Of a stretch of DNA of 64,000 nucleotides, positions 1-8,680 are shown piece after piece. The position numbers and the translations under genes were made by a program. This DNA comes from an uncultured Clostridia bacterium (lineage in GTDB: Bacteria > Bacillota > Clostridia > Christensenellales > UBA1242): the NCBI GenBank assembly GCA_944332315.1, contig CALVJT010000038.1:2024-66023 (forward strand), written 5' to 3'. The notes beneath the pieces are model-generated. The model saw only the letters and a program-made list of their open reading frames with translations, did no database searches and was not told the DNA's origin. Within the stretch, counting starts at the first letter, position 1. Each line of letters begins with the position of its first letter.

Positions 1-176
1 ACCACAAAAGTTATAAGCCCTATTAAGTATAACCCTAAAACTACCGAAAAAATTATAAACATAATTTCCATAGTGCTGGTTCCTGTCAATTTTTCAAACG
101 GTATAATATTTATGCCTATAAATAAAAAAATGCCTAAAAAAATAATAATAGCTATAGTAGTTGTTAAATTTTTCAT
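1..176 (-). CDS. Small hydrophobic membrane protein, N-terminal part; the gene runs off the window start
   Basis: The minus-strand ATG at 176-174 is preceded by AAGGAA with 6 nt spacing. The frame stays open for 58 codons to position 1 (MKNLTTTIAIIIFLGIFLFIGINIIPFEKL...) and is strongly hydrophobic. It is absent from the ORF track only because it is under 60 aa inside the window. Confidence 0.4.
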   Translation of the reverse strand, partial: MKNLTTTIAIIIFLGIFLFIGINIIPFEKLTGTSTMEIMFIIFSVVLGLYLIGLITFV

Positions 177-359
177 ACAATATTCCTTAAGTTTTTGAAG
201 ATTTTTGTTAACAAAATAAAGTTTTAATGCAATTGTGATACCCGCACAATATAAATTATGCATAAAAACATATTAGATTGTATTATTTTGCAGTGCTTGT
301 TTTACTTTAGATAAATAGTAAAATATTTTAGTAGTTATTATTTGGTGTAAAATTAAGAT

Positions 360-830
360 TTAAGGCTTTATAAGCAAAGTTTTTATTTCTTTTATTTGTT
401 CATCAGTAAGTCGGCTTTTATCTATAGGAAAAGCAGAATTCTTGTTCAAAAATATAAAAATATATTTATCTATTTCTTTTGTTTTATAAATGGTAGAATA
501 GGGGATAGTGGATGAACCTATGTTTTCGTTATTTTTTATTGTGGTTACAGTTAAGGCAACATCACCAAAAGCATAACAATTTACCATAACTGTATTCTTA
601 AATATTTTATAGTTTTTGTTTAATGTTATAGTGTAAACAAGTCCAATACCAAATGGTAACGCAAAAATTAAAAAGAATTCTGTCCACAATTCATTGATTA
701 TAGTGCCTAGTACTAAATAGGCTATTAGCCCCAGTGTGCCTATAACAAGTGCTACTATACTGCAAGTGTATGCTTTTTTAGTTAAAATCTTTTGGACATT
801 TATATCTATAACGGTTTCGCATTCTATCAT
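360..830 (-). CDS. Small membrane protein, YcxB-like (two TM helices plus a C-terminal soluble domain)
   Basis: This is a 156-aa ORF. Two hydrophobic helices (IVALVIGTLGLIAYLVLG and FFLIFALPFGIGLVY) precede a roughly 80-aa domain. The family assignment is from memory of YcxB architecture only. Confidence 0.4.
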   Translation of the reverse strand: MIECETVIDINVQKILTKKAYTCSIVALVIGTLGLIAYLVLGTIINELWTEFFLIFALPFGIGLVYTITLNKNYKIFKNTVMVNCYAFGDVALTVTTIKNNENIGSSTIPYSTIYKTKEIDKYIFIFLNKNSAFPIDKSRLTDEQIKEIKTLLIKP

Positions 831-1057
831 AAAATTTGCCTCATCAAATAATTATTTTCAAGGTATTATAGCAAAATAAAATAAAATTGTAAATTCTTTG
901 CACAAAATTTTATAAATTAGCACATATTTTGTATGACTATTTTAATTATGAAATTAAATTGATGTTTATGTTTATTGTTTATATAAGTATGCTACATTTA
1001 ATTAAATTATTTGTTTTGGTAAATGTATTTTACTAAAGTCGAAATATTATCCTTAAT

Positions 1058-2323
1058 ATGTTGATTTTTTATCGGATATTTGTTATAGTTCTAGTAGGAG
1101 AAATTATATTGACAAAAAAACTAAAAATAGTGCTTTGTGTTTTATTGGGTTTGTTGGTGTTGATGTGTGCAACACTTGTTATCTTATACTATACTACTCA
1201 AACATCAATAGAAAAATACATAAAACTGGCAACTTATGTATTGCCCGAACAGTATGCTACCAATGTAGATAGTTCGCAAGACTATTTGGGGCAACCAGAT
1301 ATGGTGCTTACTAGTACTGGTAAACTTATTACAGTTTACCCACAGGGGCACGGGCACGGTAGTTTGGTTATGAAAACTAGTAGCGATGGACTTATTTGGG
1401 AGAATCAAATTTGCCCTAGTTCGTGGGCAAAATCTCAAGAAGTTCCTACGCTGTACACACTAAATAGAACTGATGGAAAGCAGTACATTATTTTGATATC
1501 CGGTAAGCCTTATTGGGTTGCAGATAATCTTAGGGCGGATGGATTTCAATACAGCATTTCAAAAGATGATGGCAACTCGTGGAGTGAATTTACTACAGTA
1601 TATAGTCCTATGGATTGCATTGTTGCTATGAGTAGCCTAACACAGTTAAAGGAAGATGGCAAATATGTAGATAAGTGGATGGGGACTTTTCATACGCACA
1701 ATTTTGTAAACTATAAAACAATACTTGCTTTTGATGAGAATGACAACGCAGTTTGGTCTACACCTGAACCAATTTTGAGCGATTACCGCAAAATTGAAAA
1801 GCGCAATAAATTGTGCGAACTAGAGATTATACGAGATAAAAATGATACATTAATAATGCTTGCGCGTAATGAAGCTAGAGGGGAAAAAACTTCTATGATT
1901 TGCTTTTCAATAGATGAGGGGAATACATGGAGTGAGCCTCAATATCTGCCTATCGATTTATCTGGGGATAGATTTCAAGCAGTGTACGATAATAAAAACG
2001 ATAAAGTTTTAATTTCGTTTAGGCAAATTGTACCGTACAAACCTAACGCGCTTTCGTTTACAAAGTTTATGACCTATGGTTGGGTTTTATGGATAGGCAC
2101 TTTTGATGATTTAATAAACGCTGACGAAAATAGTGTTGGGGGTAAATTAATTATACTGGGGCAAGATACTAGCGGAGATTGTGGGTATAGTGGCATAGTA
2201 GTAAACAATGGTTTTGTTACGGCTGTATCTTACGGGCATTTTTTATCCCCACAAAAATCTAATATATTAGCCGTAAACTTTAATTTGAGCGAAATTGATA
2301 CATTTACTAAAATCTTAAATTAA
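1058..2323 (+). CDS. Membrane-anchored BNR/Asp-box repeat protein, sialidase-like beta-propeller
   Basis: An N-terminal TM segment (IVLCVLLGLLVLMCATLVILYY) is followed by two canonical Asp-boxes, SKDDGNSW and SIDEGNTW, plus a degenerate one, SSDGLIW. The true start may lie a few codons inside the ORF. Confidence 0.55.
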   Translation: MLIFYRIFVIVLVGEIILTKKLKIVLCVLLGLLVLMCATLVILYYTTQTSIEKYIKLATYVLPEQYATNVDSSQDYLGQPDMVLTSTGKLITVYPQGHGHGSLVMKTSSDGLIWENQICPSSWAKSQEVPTLYTLNRTDGKQYIILISGKPYWVADNLRADGFQYSISKDDGNSWSEFTTVYSPMDCIVAMSSLTQLKEDGKYVDKWMGTFHTHNFVNYKTILAFDENDNAVWSTPEPILSDYRKIEKRNKLCELEIIRDKNDTLIMLARNEARGEKTSMICFSIDEGNTWSEPQYLPIDLSGDRFQAVYDNKNDKVLISFRQIVPYKPNALSFTKFMTYGWVLWIGTFDDLINADENSVGGKLIILGQDTSGDCGYSGIVVNNGFVTAVSYGHFLSPQKSNILAVNFNLSEIDTFTKILN

Positions 2324-2435
2324 AAAATTAAATTATCATAATGAGTAAAAGGTATTCATTATTATACCTAAATTAAATTTATTGATGAAACATAAGCTTT
2401 TGATAAAAAAGTACTTAGTCTAGATTAAAAGCCTT

Positions 2436-2461
2436 AACAAAGCCAAGTTGCTTTGTTTTTT
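2436..2461 (+). terminator. Intrinsic terminator downstream of the BNR protein gene
   Basis: The stem pairs AACAAAGC (2436-2443) with GCTTTGTT (2450-2457) around a 6-nt loop, followed by a T-run. Confidence 0.5.
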
Positions 2462-2520
2462 GGTTCTTTATTATTAATAGTTCAAATTTTTGCCAAATTT
2501 TTTTACTAAATATTTAGCTA
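2462..2520 (+). repeat. Dispersed intergenic repeat, copy C (shortened variant)
   Basis: It starts GGTTCTTTATTATTAAT, identical to the starts at 35462 and 50446. It then aligns again from ...AGTTCAAATTTTTGCCAA... with an internal deletion relative to the other two copies. Confidence 0.4.
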
Positions 2521-2725
2521 AACTACGAATATTAGAGGACATATTTTTATGCCAAATAAAGCATAAGAATATGCGTTTAGTAGTTGTGTGCTGAAAAATG
2601 GACACTAGTTGTTTTGTATTAATAATCGTTAATTCACTTTTATTATAGACATGTAAAAACTAATTTTAGACTAAAAGTTAACAACAAAGGGCTCTTTTGA
2701 TAAATAAAAAACATAAGCTCAAGGC

Positions 2726-3151
2726 TTATGCTTTGTCCATAATATAATGTGTGGTATCGTTAATCTTAATAAGAATTTGTTTGGTATCTTGATATGTAAC
2801 AGTATAAACATTGTTATCGCGCGTTGTAAGTTTGTAGGTTTCTACATCCGCGTCATCATCTTTTAGCCAAGTGCCTGTTTGTGCTGTTGTAGATGCCGGC
2901 GTTAGCAAACTAAAAGTATTATCGTCATTAATAACAAGATTGAATTGTTCATCAAGAGTTTTGCTAGTGTCAGTCAACTCGCTTGAAAGGGCGTCACGGT
3001 CTTTTACTGTTTCTCCTTCAGTGGTCGAAACTATATGCCAAGTGCCCTGAAAAGTTGCATTTTCGTTGCAGGCAGTAAATACCAGTGTTATTGCTACGAC
3101 AACCATTAGTAATCCAAAAATTTTTGCAGAGTTTTTCAAAACTTTAATCAT
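2726..3151 (-). CDS. Small lipoprotein of unknown function
   Basis: The signal peptide ends in the lipobox-like VFTAC|NEN, the same FTAC motif as the giant lipoprotein at 14258. An AGGAGG-type RBS (aaaggaggtaat) lies upstream. Confidence 0.6.
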   Translation of the reverse strand: MIKVLKNSAKIFGLLMVVVAITLVFTACNENATFQGTWHIVSTTEGETVKDRDALSSELTDTSKTLDEQFNLVINDDNTFSLLTPASTTAQTGTWLKDDDADVETYKLTTRDNNVYTVTYQDTKQILIKINDTTHYIMDKA

Positions 3152-3312
3152 ATTACCTCCTTTGTTTTGACAAATAAATTATAACTCATAAAATTTTTTA
3201 TGTATAATTCATTGCTTATACAAAAAAGTAATTTTTTAGCTTTGTGTGTTGTAAATTGTTAAAAATGTTCGAATTCAATTTTAATGTTTTGTAGTATACA
3301 AATTTTATTGCT

Positions 3313-3798
3313 TTATTTAACAAAAATTATCTGTTTTCCTTTTAATTTAGCGTATTCTATTGTGCTTCTTGTTCCTCCCGATTTTTCGTAGTAAACAGCT
3401 AGCACCAAATTGCTATCGTCAACCATCATCTTATTGCGCAGTTGGGTGCAACCTGTGCAGTAATTTTTATCAACAGCATACAAAATTTTATCTGCCTTTT
3501 GTAATATTTGGCTGTGTAGAGCTTTTTCTTTTCTATTCCAAAGTTTATCTTGATTGTGGCAGGGCAAATAACACCACAAGTTTATATCGTAATGCGCTTT
3601 ATAATCTAGAACAATTTGCGCACACAACATATCTATTCCTATTGCCATACCGCTTATAAAGTTTTTATATCCATTTTCAATCAAATTTTTAATTACTTCT
3701 TTTAGCTTTTTTTGTAGGGCTAACCCTTGTTCGCTTTGTGTTAATGAAAAGGGCAAGTGTTGCGGTCTGTGACCTGTAAAGCATACTGTATTTTCCAT
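3313..3798 (-). CDS. SLOG-fold / DUF1273 (YpsA-YoqJ-like) family protein
   Basis: The N-terminus MENTVCFTGHRPQHLP and the core ISGMAIGIDMLCAQIVLD are typical of the family. The track ORF extends to 3837, but the family N-terminus fits the internal Met at 3798. Confidence 0.55.
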   Translation of the reverse strand: MENTVCFTGHRPQHLPFSLTQSEQGLALQKKLKEVIKNLIENGYKNFISGMAIGIDMLCAQIVLDYKAHYDINLWCYLPCHNQDKLWNRKEKALHSQILQKADKILYAVDKNYCTGCTQLRNKMMVDDSNLVLAVYYEKSGGTRSTIEYAKLKGKQIIFVK

Positions 3799-3919
3799 AT
3801 GTTTATTATATATATATAAAAGCAAATAGTCAAACATTTGCTTTATAAATTTACATTAGATGCCCATAACGCAAGGAAAATTAGCAAAAAGGATATTGTA
3901 TGGGTGCATTTGTCTATTA

Positions 3920-3948
3920 TTGACTTAAATGCATTTATATGTTATACT
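3920..3948 (+). promoter_or_regulatory. Sigma-A type promoter for the ABC-F gene
   Basis: TTGACT (3920-3925), 17 nt spacer, TATACT (3943-3948), located 24 nt upstream of the ATG at 3972. Confidence 0.45.
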
Positions 3949-3971
3949 AAAAACAAACGGAGAAGGCCCTT

Positions 3972-5501
3972 ATGATAGAGTTTAGAAATTTGACGCATGG
4001 CTTTGGAGATAAAACACTTTATAAAAATGTCAACATAACCATAAATAAAGGGGATAAAATCGGCCTTGTAGGAGCAAATGGTGCAGGTAAAAGTACATTG
4101 ATAGGTATACTGAACGGCACTCAAATTTGTGATCAAGGCGAAATTATTTATCAAGGTAAATTTACTGTTGGGTATTTAGACCAATATGCTAATGTAGATG
4201 GCAGTTTGACAATTTTTGAATATTTGACAAGCGCTTATAAAGAACTTTACGATTTAGAGAAAAAGGCAGAAACACTTGCGCAAGAGGGTGCCGAAAGTGG
4301 TGATATGCGGAAAATAGAAATGGCAAGTAAAATATATGAACAACTTGTTCAAGAAGATTTTTATTCTGTTGAAAGTAGGGTACGCAAGTTTGCTAACTCA
4401 TTAGGCATAGATGTGTTAGGCTACAATACATTGTTAAAGGAGCTAAGCGGTGGGCAAGCAACGAAAGTTATATTGTGCAAATTGCTATTACAAGAGCCAG
4501 ATTTTTTAATTTTGGATGAGCCAACAAACCATTTGGATGAAAGTCATATAGAATGGCTACAAAATTATCTAAAAGATTACAAGGGAACTTTTTTAATAGT
4601 ATCGCATGATACAAAATTTTTAGATGCAGTATGTAACACAATTTTTAGCGTGGAGTATAGCAATATAGTGCGCTATAATGGCAATTATTCTCATTTTATC
4701 AGGCAGTACAATGAGCGCAAGGAAAATAGAGAAAAGGCAATAATCTCGCAAGAAAAAAAGATAGAGAAATTAGAGGATTACATAGCTCGCAATAGATGTA
4801 GGACAAATACGGCGCGACAAGCACAAAGTAGACAAAAACAGCTAGATAAAATTGTGCGTTTAGAAAAATTAAATGAGGCTCCAGTTCCGCAGTTCAAATT
4901 TGCTTATAAACCAATAAATTCTACGCCAATAATAAAGGTCGAAAATTTGGTTGTGGGATACGATAAACCTTTGTTGCGCAATGTCAATTTTGAAATATTA
5001 AATGGTGAAAAGTTAGCGATTATGGGCTTTAATGGGCTAGGTAAAACCACATTGCTAAAAACTATAATGGGTGTAATACCACAAATAAAAGGCAATGTGC
5101 ATTTAGCTAAAAATCTAAAAATAGGGTACTTTGAACAAATACTGCATTGGGATAACGATAATTTGACTGCCTTAGAAATTATGAAAAATGAATACCCTAA
5201 AATGGAGGATAAGCAGTTAAGGGCATACCTGGCAAGGGCTGGATTAACAAGTAAACACTTGCAACAACCAATATCTACCCTAAGTGGTGGGGAACAAACA
5301 AAAGTTAAACTTTGTAAGCTTATGATAGAATCTCACAATATGCTAATTTTGGATGAGCCTACAAATCATATAGACCCAAAATCAAAAGAAGTTTTGGCAT
5401 CCGCAATAAAAGAATTTGAAGGAGCCGTTATTTTTGTCAGCCACGAAATAGACTTTGTAAAATCTATCACAAGCAACATCTATAAACCAACACTTGCGTA
5501 A
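3972..5501 (+). CDS. ABC-F family ATPase (two ABC cassettes, no TM domain)
   Basis: There are two Walker A motifs (GANGAGKST and GFNGLGKTT), two signature motifs (LSGGQATK and LSGGEQTK) and two Walker B motifs (ILDEPTNHLD and ILDEPTNHID). A charged linker separates the cassettes. Confidence 0.85.
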   Translation: MIEFRNLTHGFGDKTLYKNVNITINKGDKIGLVGANGAGKSTLIGILNGTQICDQGEIIYQGKFTVGYLDQYANVDGSLTIFEYLTSAYKELYDLEKKAETLAQEGAESGDMRKIEMASKIYEQLVQEDFYSVESRVRKFANSLGIDVLGYNTLLKELSGGQATKVILCKLLLQEPDFLILDEPTNHLDESHIEWLQNYLKDYKGTFLIVSHDTKFLDAVCNTIFSVEYSNIVRYNGNYSHFIRQYNERKENREKAIISQEKKIEKLEDYIARNRCRTNTARQAQSRQKQLDKIVRLEKLNEAPVPQFKFAYKPINSTPIIKVENLVVGYDKPLLRNVNFEILNGEKLAIMGFNGLGKTTLLKTIMGVIPQIKGNVHLAKNLKIGYFEQILHWDNDNLTALEIMKNEYPKMEDKQLRAYLARAGLTSKHLQQPISTLSGGEQTKVKLCKLMIESHNMLILDEPTNHIDPKSKEVLASAIKEFEGAVIFVSHEIDFVKSITSNIYKPTLA

Positions 5502-5715
5502 ATATAGTTAGATTTTTAGTATTTTAATTAAAAAATTACGCGTACTAAAGCCGATGCGCGTGCGCCAATAAAAGCGATTTTAGGGCAGTGTGTATGTTTA
5601 TTTAATGAAAGTGAGGTGCGTTTATTTTTTAATAATGGCATTAAAGTATGTCTAGATAAAAAGTGCGTAGTGCAAACATTTAATCAGCAATATTTTACTT
5701 GCAAAAATTTCATAA

Positions 5716-5746
5716 CAAAAAAAACTAGCAACTGCTAGTTTTTTTG
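5716..5746. terminator. Bidirectional hairpin overlapping the GT4 stop codon
   Basis: AAAAAAACTAGCA-AC-TGCTAGTTTTTTT forms an A-run, stem and T-run, so it can terminate on either strand. Confidence 0.5.
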
Positions 5747-6898
5747 ATTTTGGTAGTAGTTAGTATAATATTCAATGGCATCCTTAAACATTTGCTCCAT
5801 TTTATCCATAGCCGAATTCATTTCAAAATTTTTGCTGTATTCTAAATAATAATTGGCAAGTTCTTTTCTTTCTTTTTCGTTTTCAAACAGATAATCTATT
5901 TTTTTAGCCAAATCTTTGGCATTATCATGTTTGAACAAGCATCTATCATCTTTTGCAAAGTAGCGAGAAGCCGAATTTTCGCTGTCAGAGAATATACAAG
6001 GTAGACCGCAAGCCATAGCCTCAAGGCATGAGATGCCTTCAAGTTCCACATTGCTAGGGTGCACATACAAATCTCCGTAGTTAAGAGCATCTAAAAAATC
6101 TTTGAATGGTAAATAACCAAAAACGGGGTAATTAGTAAGTTTTTTCGCTCGTCTTTTAAGTTTGTTTATATCGGGGCCTTGTCCAAGGCAAATTAGTTGG
6201 ATATCCTTTTCGTGTTTTGATTGCGCTACTGCATCAATCAAAAGTTTTGTCCTTTTTTCTTTGCAATATCTACCCGTGTTTACAATTACAAACTTATCTT
6301 TCATACTTTCAGGCTTTTCTACATTTTCTAGTGGCTTAAATTTGGGATTTACACCATTAGATATCACATAAAATCTATTTGTATATCCATGTTTTTTTAG
6401 TGTATCCACTAAAAACTGACTAGGTGCGTGTAAAAACAATGCTTTATCGTAAAATTTTTTCTTAAATCTCCTGTAAAGAGCATTGTTAATAAATTTTACA
6501 TTCATACAGCCAAAATGAGCAGTGACATTTTCGGGCTGAGTATGAAAAGCCGAAGTAAAAGGTTTTTTATATTCTTTTAGTATAGGAATTGTGGCAATAC
6601 TTGTTTTGAAGCATACAAGCAAATGCACAACATCGGCATCTTTGATGCCTTCTATAATTTTTTCTCTATCTGGTTTAGCCAGTTCTACTCCATTTTTCTC
6701 GACAATAAAACCTAAACCGCCAAATTTGCGTTTAGGAAGTTGAATATATTTAATCCCGCTTTCGTTTTCCCCCTTGTTTGTGGAAACAATTGTAACATTG
6801 TGTCCTCTTTCTACCATTCGGCGCGCCAAATTATTGCATGTAACGCTGGTGCCGTTGTTGCTAGTGCCATAAACATCGGCAATAATAGTTATATTCAT
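5735..6898 (-). CDS. Glycosyltransferase family 4 (GT-B fold), likely glycolipid or envelope glycan synthesis
   Basis: The N-terminus MNITIIADVYGTSNNGTSV...RGHNVTIVS and the C-terminal E-x7-E-like region (VELEGISCLEAMACGLP) fit GT4. The start is chosen at the internal Met (6898), which has an AAAGGA RBS; the track ORF runs to 6931. Confidence 0.75.
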   Translation of the reverse strand: MNITIIADVYGTSNNGTSVTCNNLARRMVERGHNVTIVSTNKGENESGIKYIQLPKRKFGGLGFIVEKNGVELAKPDREKIIEGIKDADVVHLLVCFKTSIATIPILKEYKKPFTSAFHTQPENVTAHFGCMNVKFINNALYRRFKKKFYDKALFLHAPSQFLVDTLKKHGYTNRFYVISNGVNPKFKPLENVEKPESMKDKFVIVNTGRYCKEKRTKLLIDAVAQSKHEKDIQLICLGQGPDINKLKRRAKKLTNYPVFGYLPFKDFLDALNYGDLYVHPSNVELEGISCLEAMACGLPCIFSDSENSASRYFAKDDRCLFKHDNAKDLAKKIDYLFENEKERKELANYYLEYSKNFEMNSAMDKMEQMFKDAIEYYTNYYQNQKN

Positions 6899-6961
6899 AT
6901 TAATCCATCCTTTGTGCTTATTATATATCATTTTATGAAATTTACCAACTATTTTGTGAAA

Positions 6962-7828
6962 CTATTTGTTTTTTAGGGTTTTTAAGGCGTATTTTCTAAA
7001 TTCATCCCCATAGATAGGGTCTGAGAGAGATAAATCGAAATTTGCTTTCATAAAGCCTGCTTTATCACCAATATCATAGCGCTTTGCCATAAAATCGTAG
7101 CAGAGAACAGGTTCAAATTTAGCACAGTCGACAAGCGCGTCAGTCAAAGCATATTCGCCACTTTTATTGGGCTTTACATTTTCGAGGTAATTAAAAATTG
7201 TATTTTTTACAACATATCTGCCAAGGTTTACAAGAGGGTCTTTTATATCAATAATATTAGGCTTTTCTATAATTTTTTGCAGTCGAGTAGTTTTATCATC
7301 CAATGATTTACCTACTATTACACCCAATTTAGAGGCATCTTCCTTGCTGACTCTTTGCGCACCTATGATGTTTGCATCGGTTATATCAAATAAGTCTATA
7401 AGCTGTTTTGATGCTGGCTTATCGTATGGATGCACTTTTATAAAAAGTTCGTCTGCATTCATCACCAAAAAGTTGTGCGAGCCTATTAAACTTTTTGCCG
7501 CTAATATTGCAGAAGCCGTGCCATCTAATATGTGTTGCACCACAAACTCTAGTTGAACATTATCACTAAAAGCAATTTTATCAAGTATGTCTAAACTTAA
7601 TTTTCTATAATTTAAGTATTCGTTTTTAGAAAAGTGTTTTTTTATAACATTGCCATTGTGTCCTATAACAACTATAATATTTTTTATATTACACTCAAGC
7701 GCTTCACGAATAATGAACTCTAAAGTGGGGGTATCAATGATTGGTAGCATAGGCTTAGGCACTGCTTTTGTATACGGCAAAAAACGAGTGCCAAGTCCGG
7801 CAGCAAGTATAACAGCATAATTAATCAT
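6962..7828 (-). CDS. galU: UTP--glucose-1-phosphate uridylyltransferase-like sugar-1-P nucleotidyltransferase
   Basis: The N-terminal motif AVILAAGLGTRFLPYTKAVPKPMLPI is the GalU/nucleotidyltransferase G-loop. The product is 288 aa. Confidence 0.75.
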   Translation of the reverse strand: MINYAVILAAGLGTRFLPYTKAVPKPMLPIIDTPTLEFIIREALECNIKNIIVVIGHNGNVIKKHFSKNEYLNYRKLSLDILDKIAFSDNVQLEFVVQHILDGTASAILAAKSLIGSHNFLVMNADELFIKVHPYDKPASKQLIDLFDITDANIIGAQRVSKEDASKLGVIVGKSLDDKTTRLQKIIEKPNIIDIKDPLVNLGRYVVKNTIFNYLENVKPNKSGEYALTDALVDCAKFEPVLCYDFMAKRYDIGDKAGFMKANFDLSLSDPIYGDEFRKYALKTLKNK

Positions 7829-8519
7829 AATACATACTCTCCAAATTAACTTTATATTTTACATTCTCACTGCGCCTTAAATAAAACATATTGTCATCTA
7901 TATCCCTTGTAACGCAAGAGCCAGCGCCAATTTTGCATTTGCTACCAATTTTTCTAGGCGCAATTATAAGACAGTTAGAGCCTATAAAAGTGCAGTTGCC
8001 AACACGACATTTGTGCTTAAAGTGCCCATCATAATTGCAAAAAATAGTGCCTGCTCCAATGTTTACTAGATTGCCAATCGTTGCATCTCCTACATAGGAT
8101 AAATGGGCTATTTTAGTTTGATTGCCAATAATGCTTTTTTTAATTTCCACAAAGTTGCCAATACGGCATTTATCACCAATATCCACTTCGTTATGTATGT
8201 GCGCAAAAGGGCCTACAGTTGTGCTTTGCCCAATGATTACTTGTTCGAGTAGAACCGAATTAATTATACGACAGTTGGCGTTTATATAAATTTTTTCTAT
8301 TAAAGAGCTACTTTTTATAGTGCAATTTTCGTAAACAAAGCAATCCTCTAAATCACTATTAACAATATTGCAGTTATCCAGTATAATACAATTCTTAATT
8401 CTACTGTTAATAATGGAACAGTTTTTGCCAATTTTGCTATTTAAGATATTACTTTTATCAAAATTAGTTACAACAGGTGGGGTATCAAAATTAGCAGTAT
8501 CAAATATAAAATTATGCAT
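7821..8519 (-). CDS. Left-handed beta-helix (hexapeptide repeat) acyltransferase resembling the C-terminal acetyltransferase half of GlmU
   Basis: Hexapeptide periodicity runs throughout. The C-terminal stretch GNFVEIKKSIIGNQTKIAHLSYVGDATIGNLVNIGAGTIFCNYDGHFKHKCRVGNCTFIGSN closely resembles the GlmU acetyltransferase active-site region. Its end overlaps the galU-like start by 8 nt. Confidence 0.6.
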   Translation of the reverse strand: MHNFIFDTANFDTPPVVTNFDKSNILNSKIGKNCSIINSRIKNCIILDNCNIVNSDLEDCFVYENCTIKSSSLIEKIYINANCRIINSVLLEQVIIGQSTTVGPFAHIHNEVDIGDKCRIGNFVEIKKSIIGNQTKIAHLSYVGDATIGNLVNIGAGTIFCNYDGHFKHKCRVGNCTFIGSNCLIIAPRKIGSKCKIGAGSCVTRDIDDNMFYLRRSENVKYKVNLESMYYD

Positions 8520-8636
8520 ATAGTTACCTCTTTTTTAGTGTATAGTTATTGTTTTATGATGTTTTATTATGAAAAATGTCAAAAACACCTAGATTACAGT
8601 AGTAGGCAAAAGTAATATATGTTGGAATTTGTTAAA

Positions 8637-8665
8637 TTGACAAAACTATATATATGTGGTAAAAT
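8637..8665 (+). promoter_or_regulatory. Near-consensus sigma-A promoter with extended -10 for LRR paralogue 1
   Basis: TTGACA (8637-8642), 17 nt spacer, TGgTAAAAT (8657-8665). The RBS GAGGT precedes the ATG at 8681. Confidence 0.5.
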
Positions 8666-8680
8666 ACATTGAGGTAAAAT

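Noticed and set aside
2462-2520. The dispersed repeat could be an IS element or MITE.
   Set aside because: There is no transposase ORF, no terminal inverted repeats and no recognisable target-site duplications around any copy. I found no mobile elements, integrases or prophage genes in the window.
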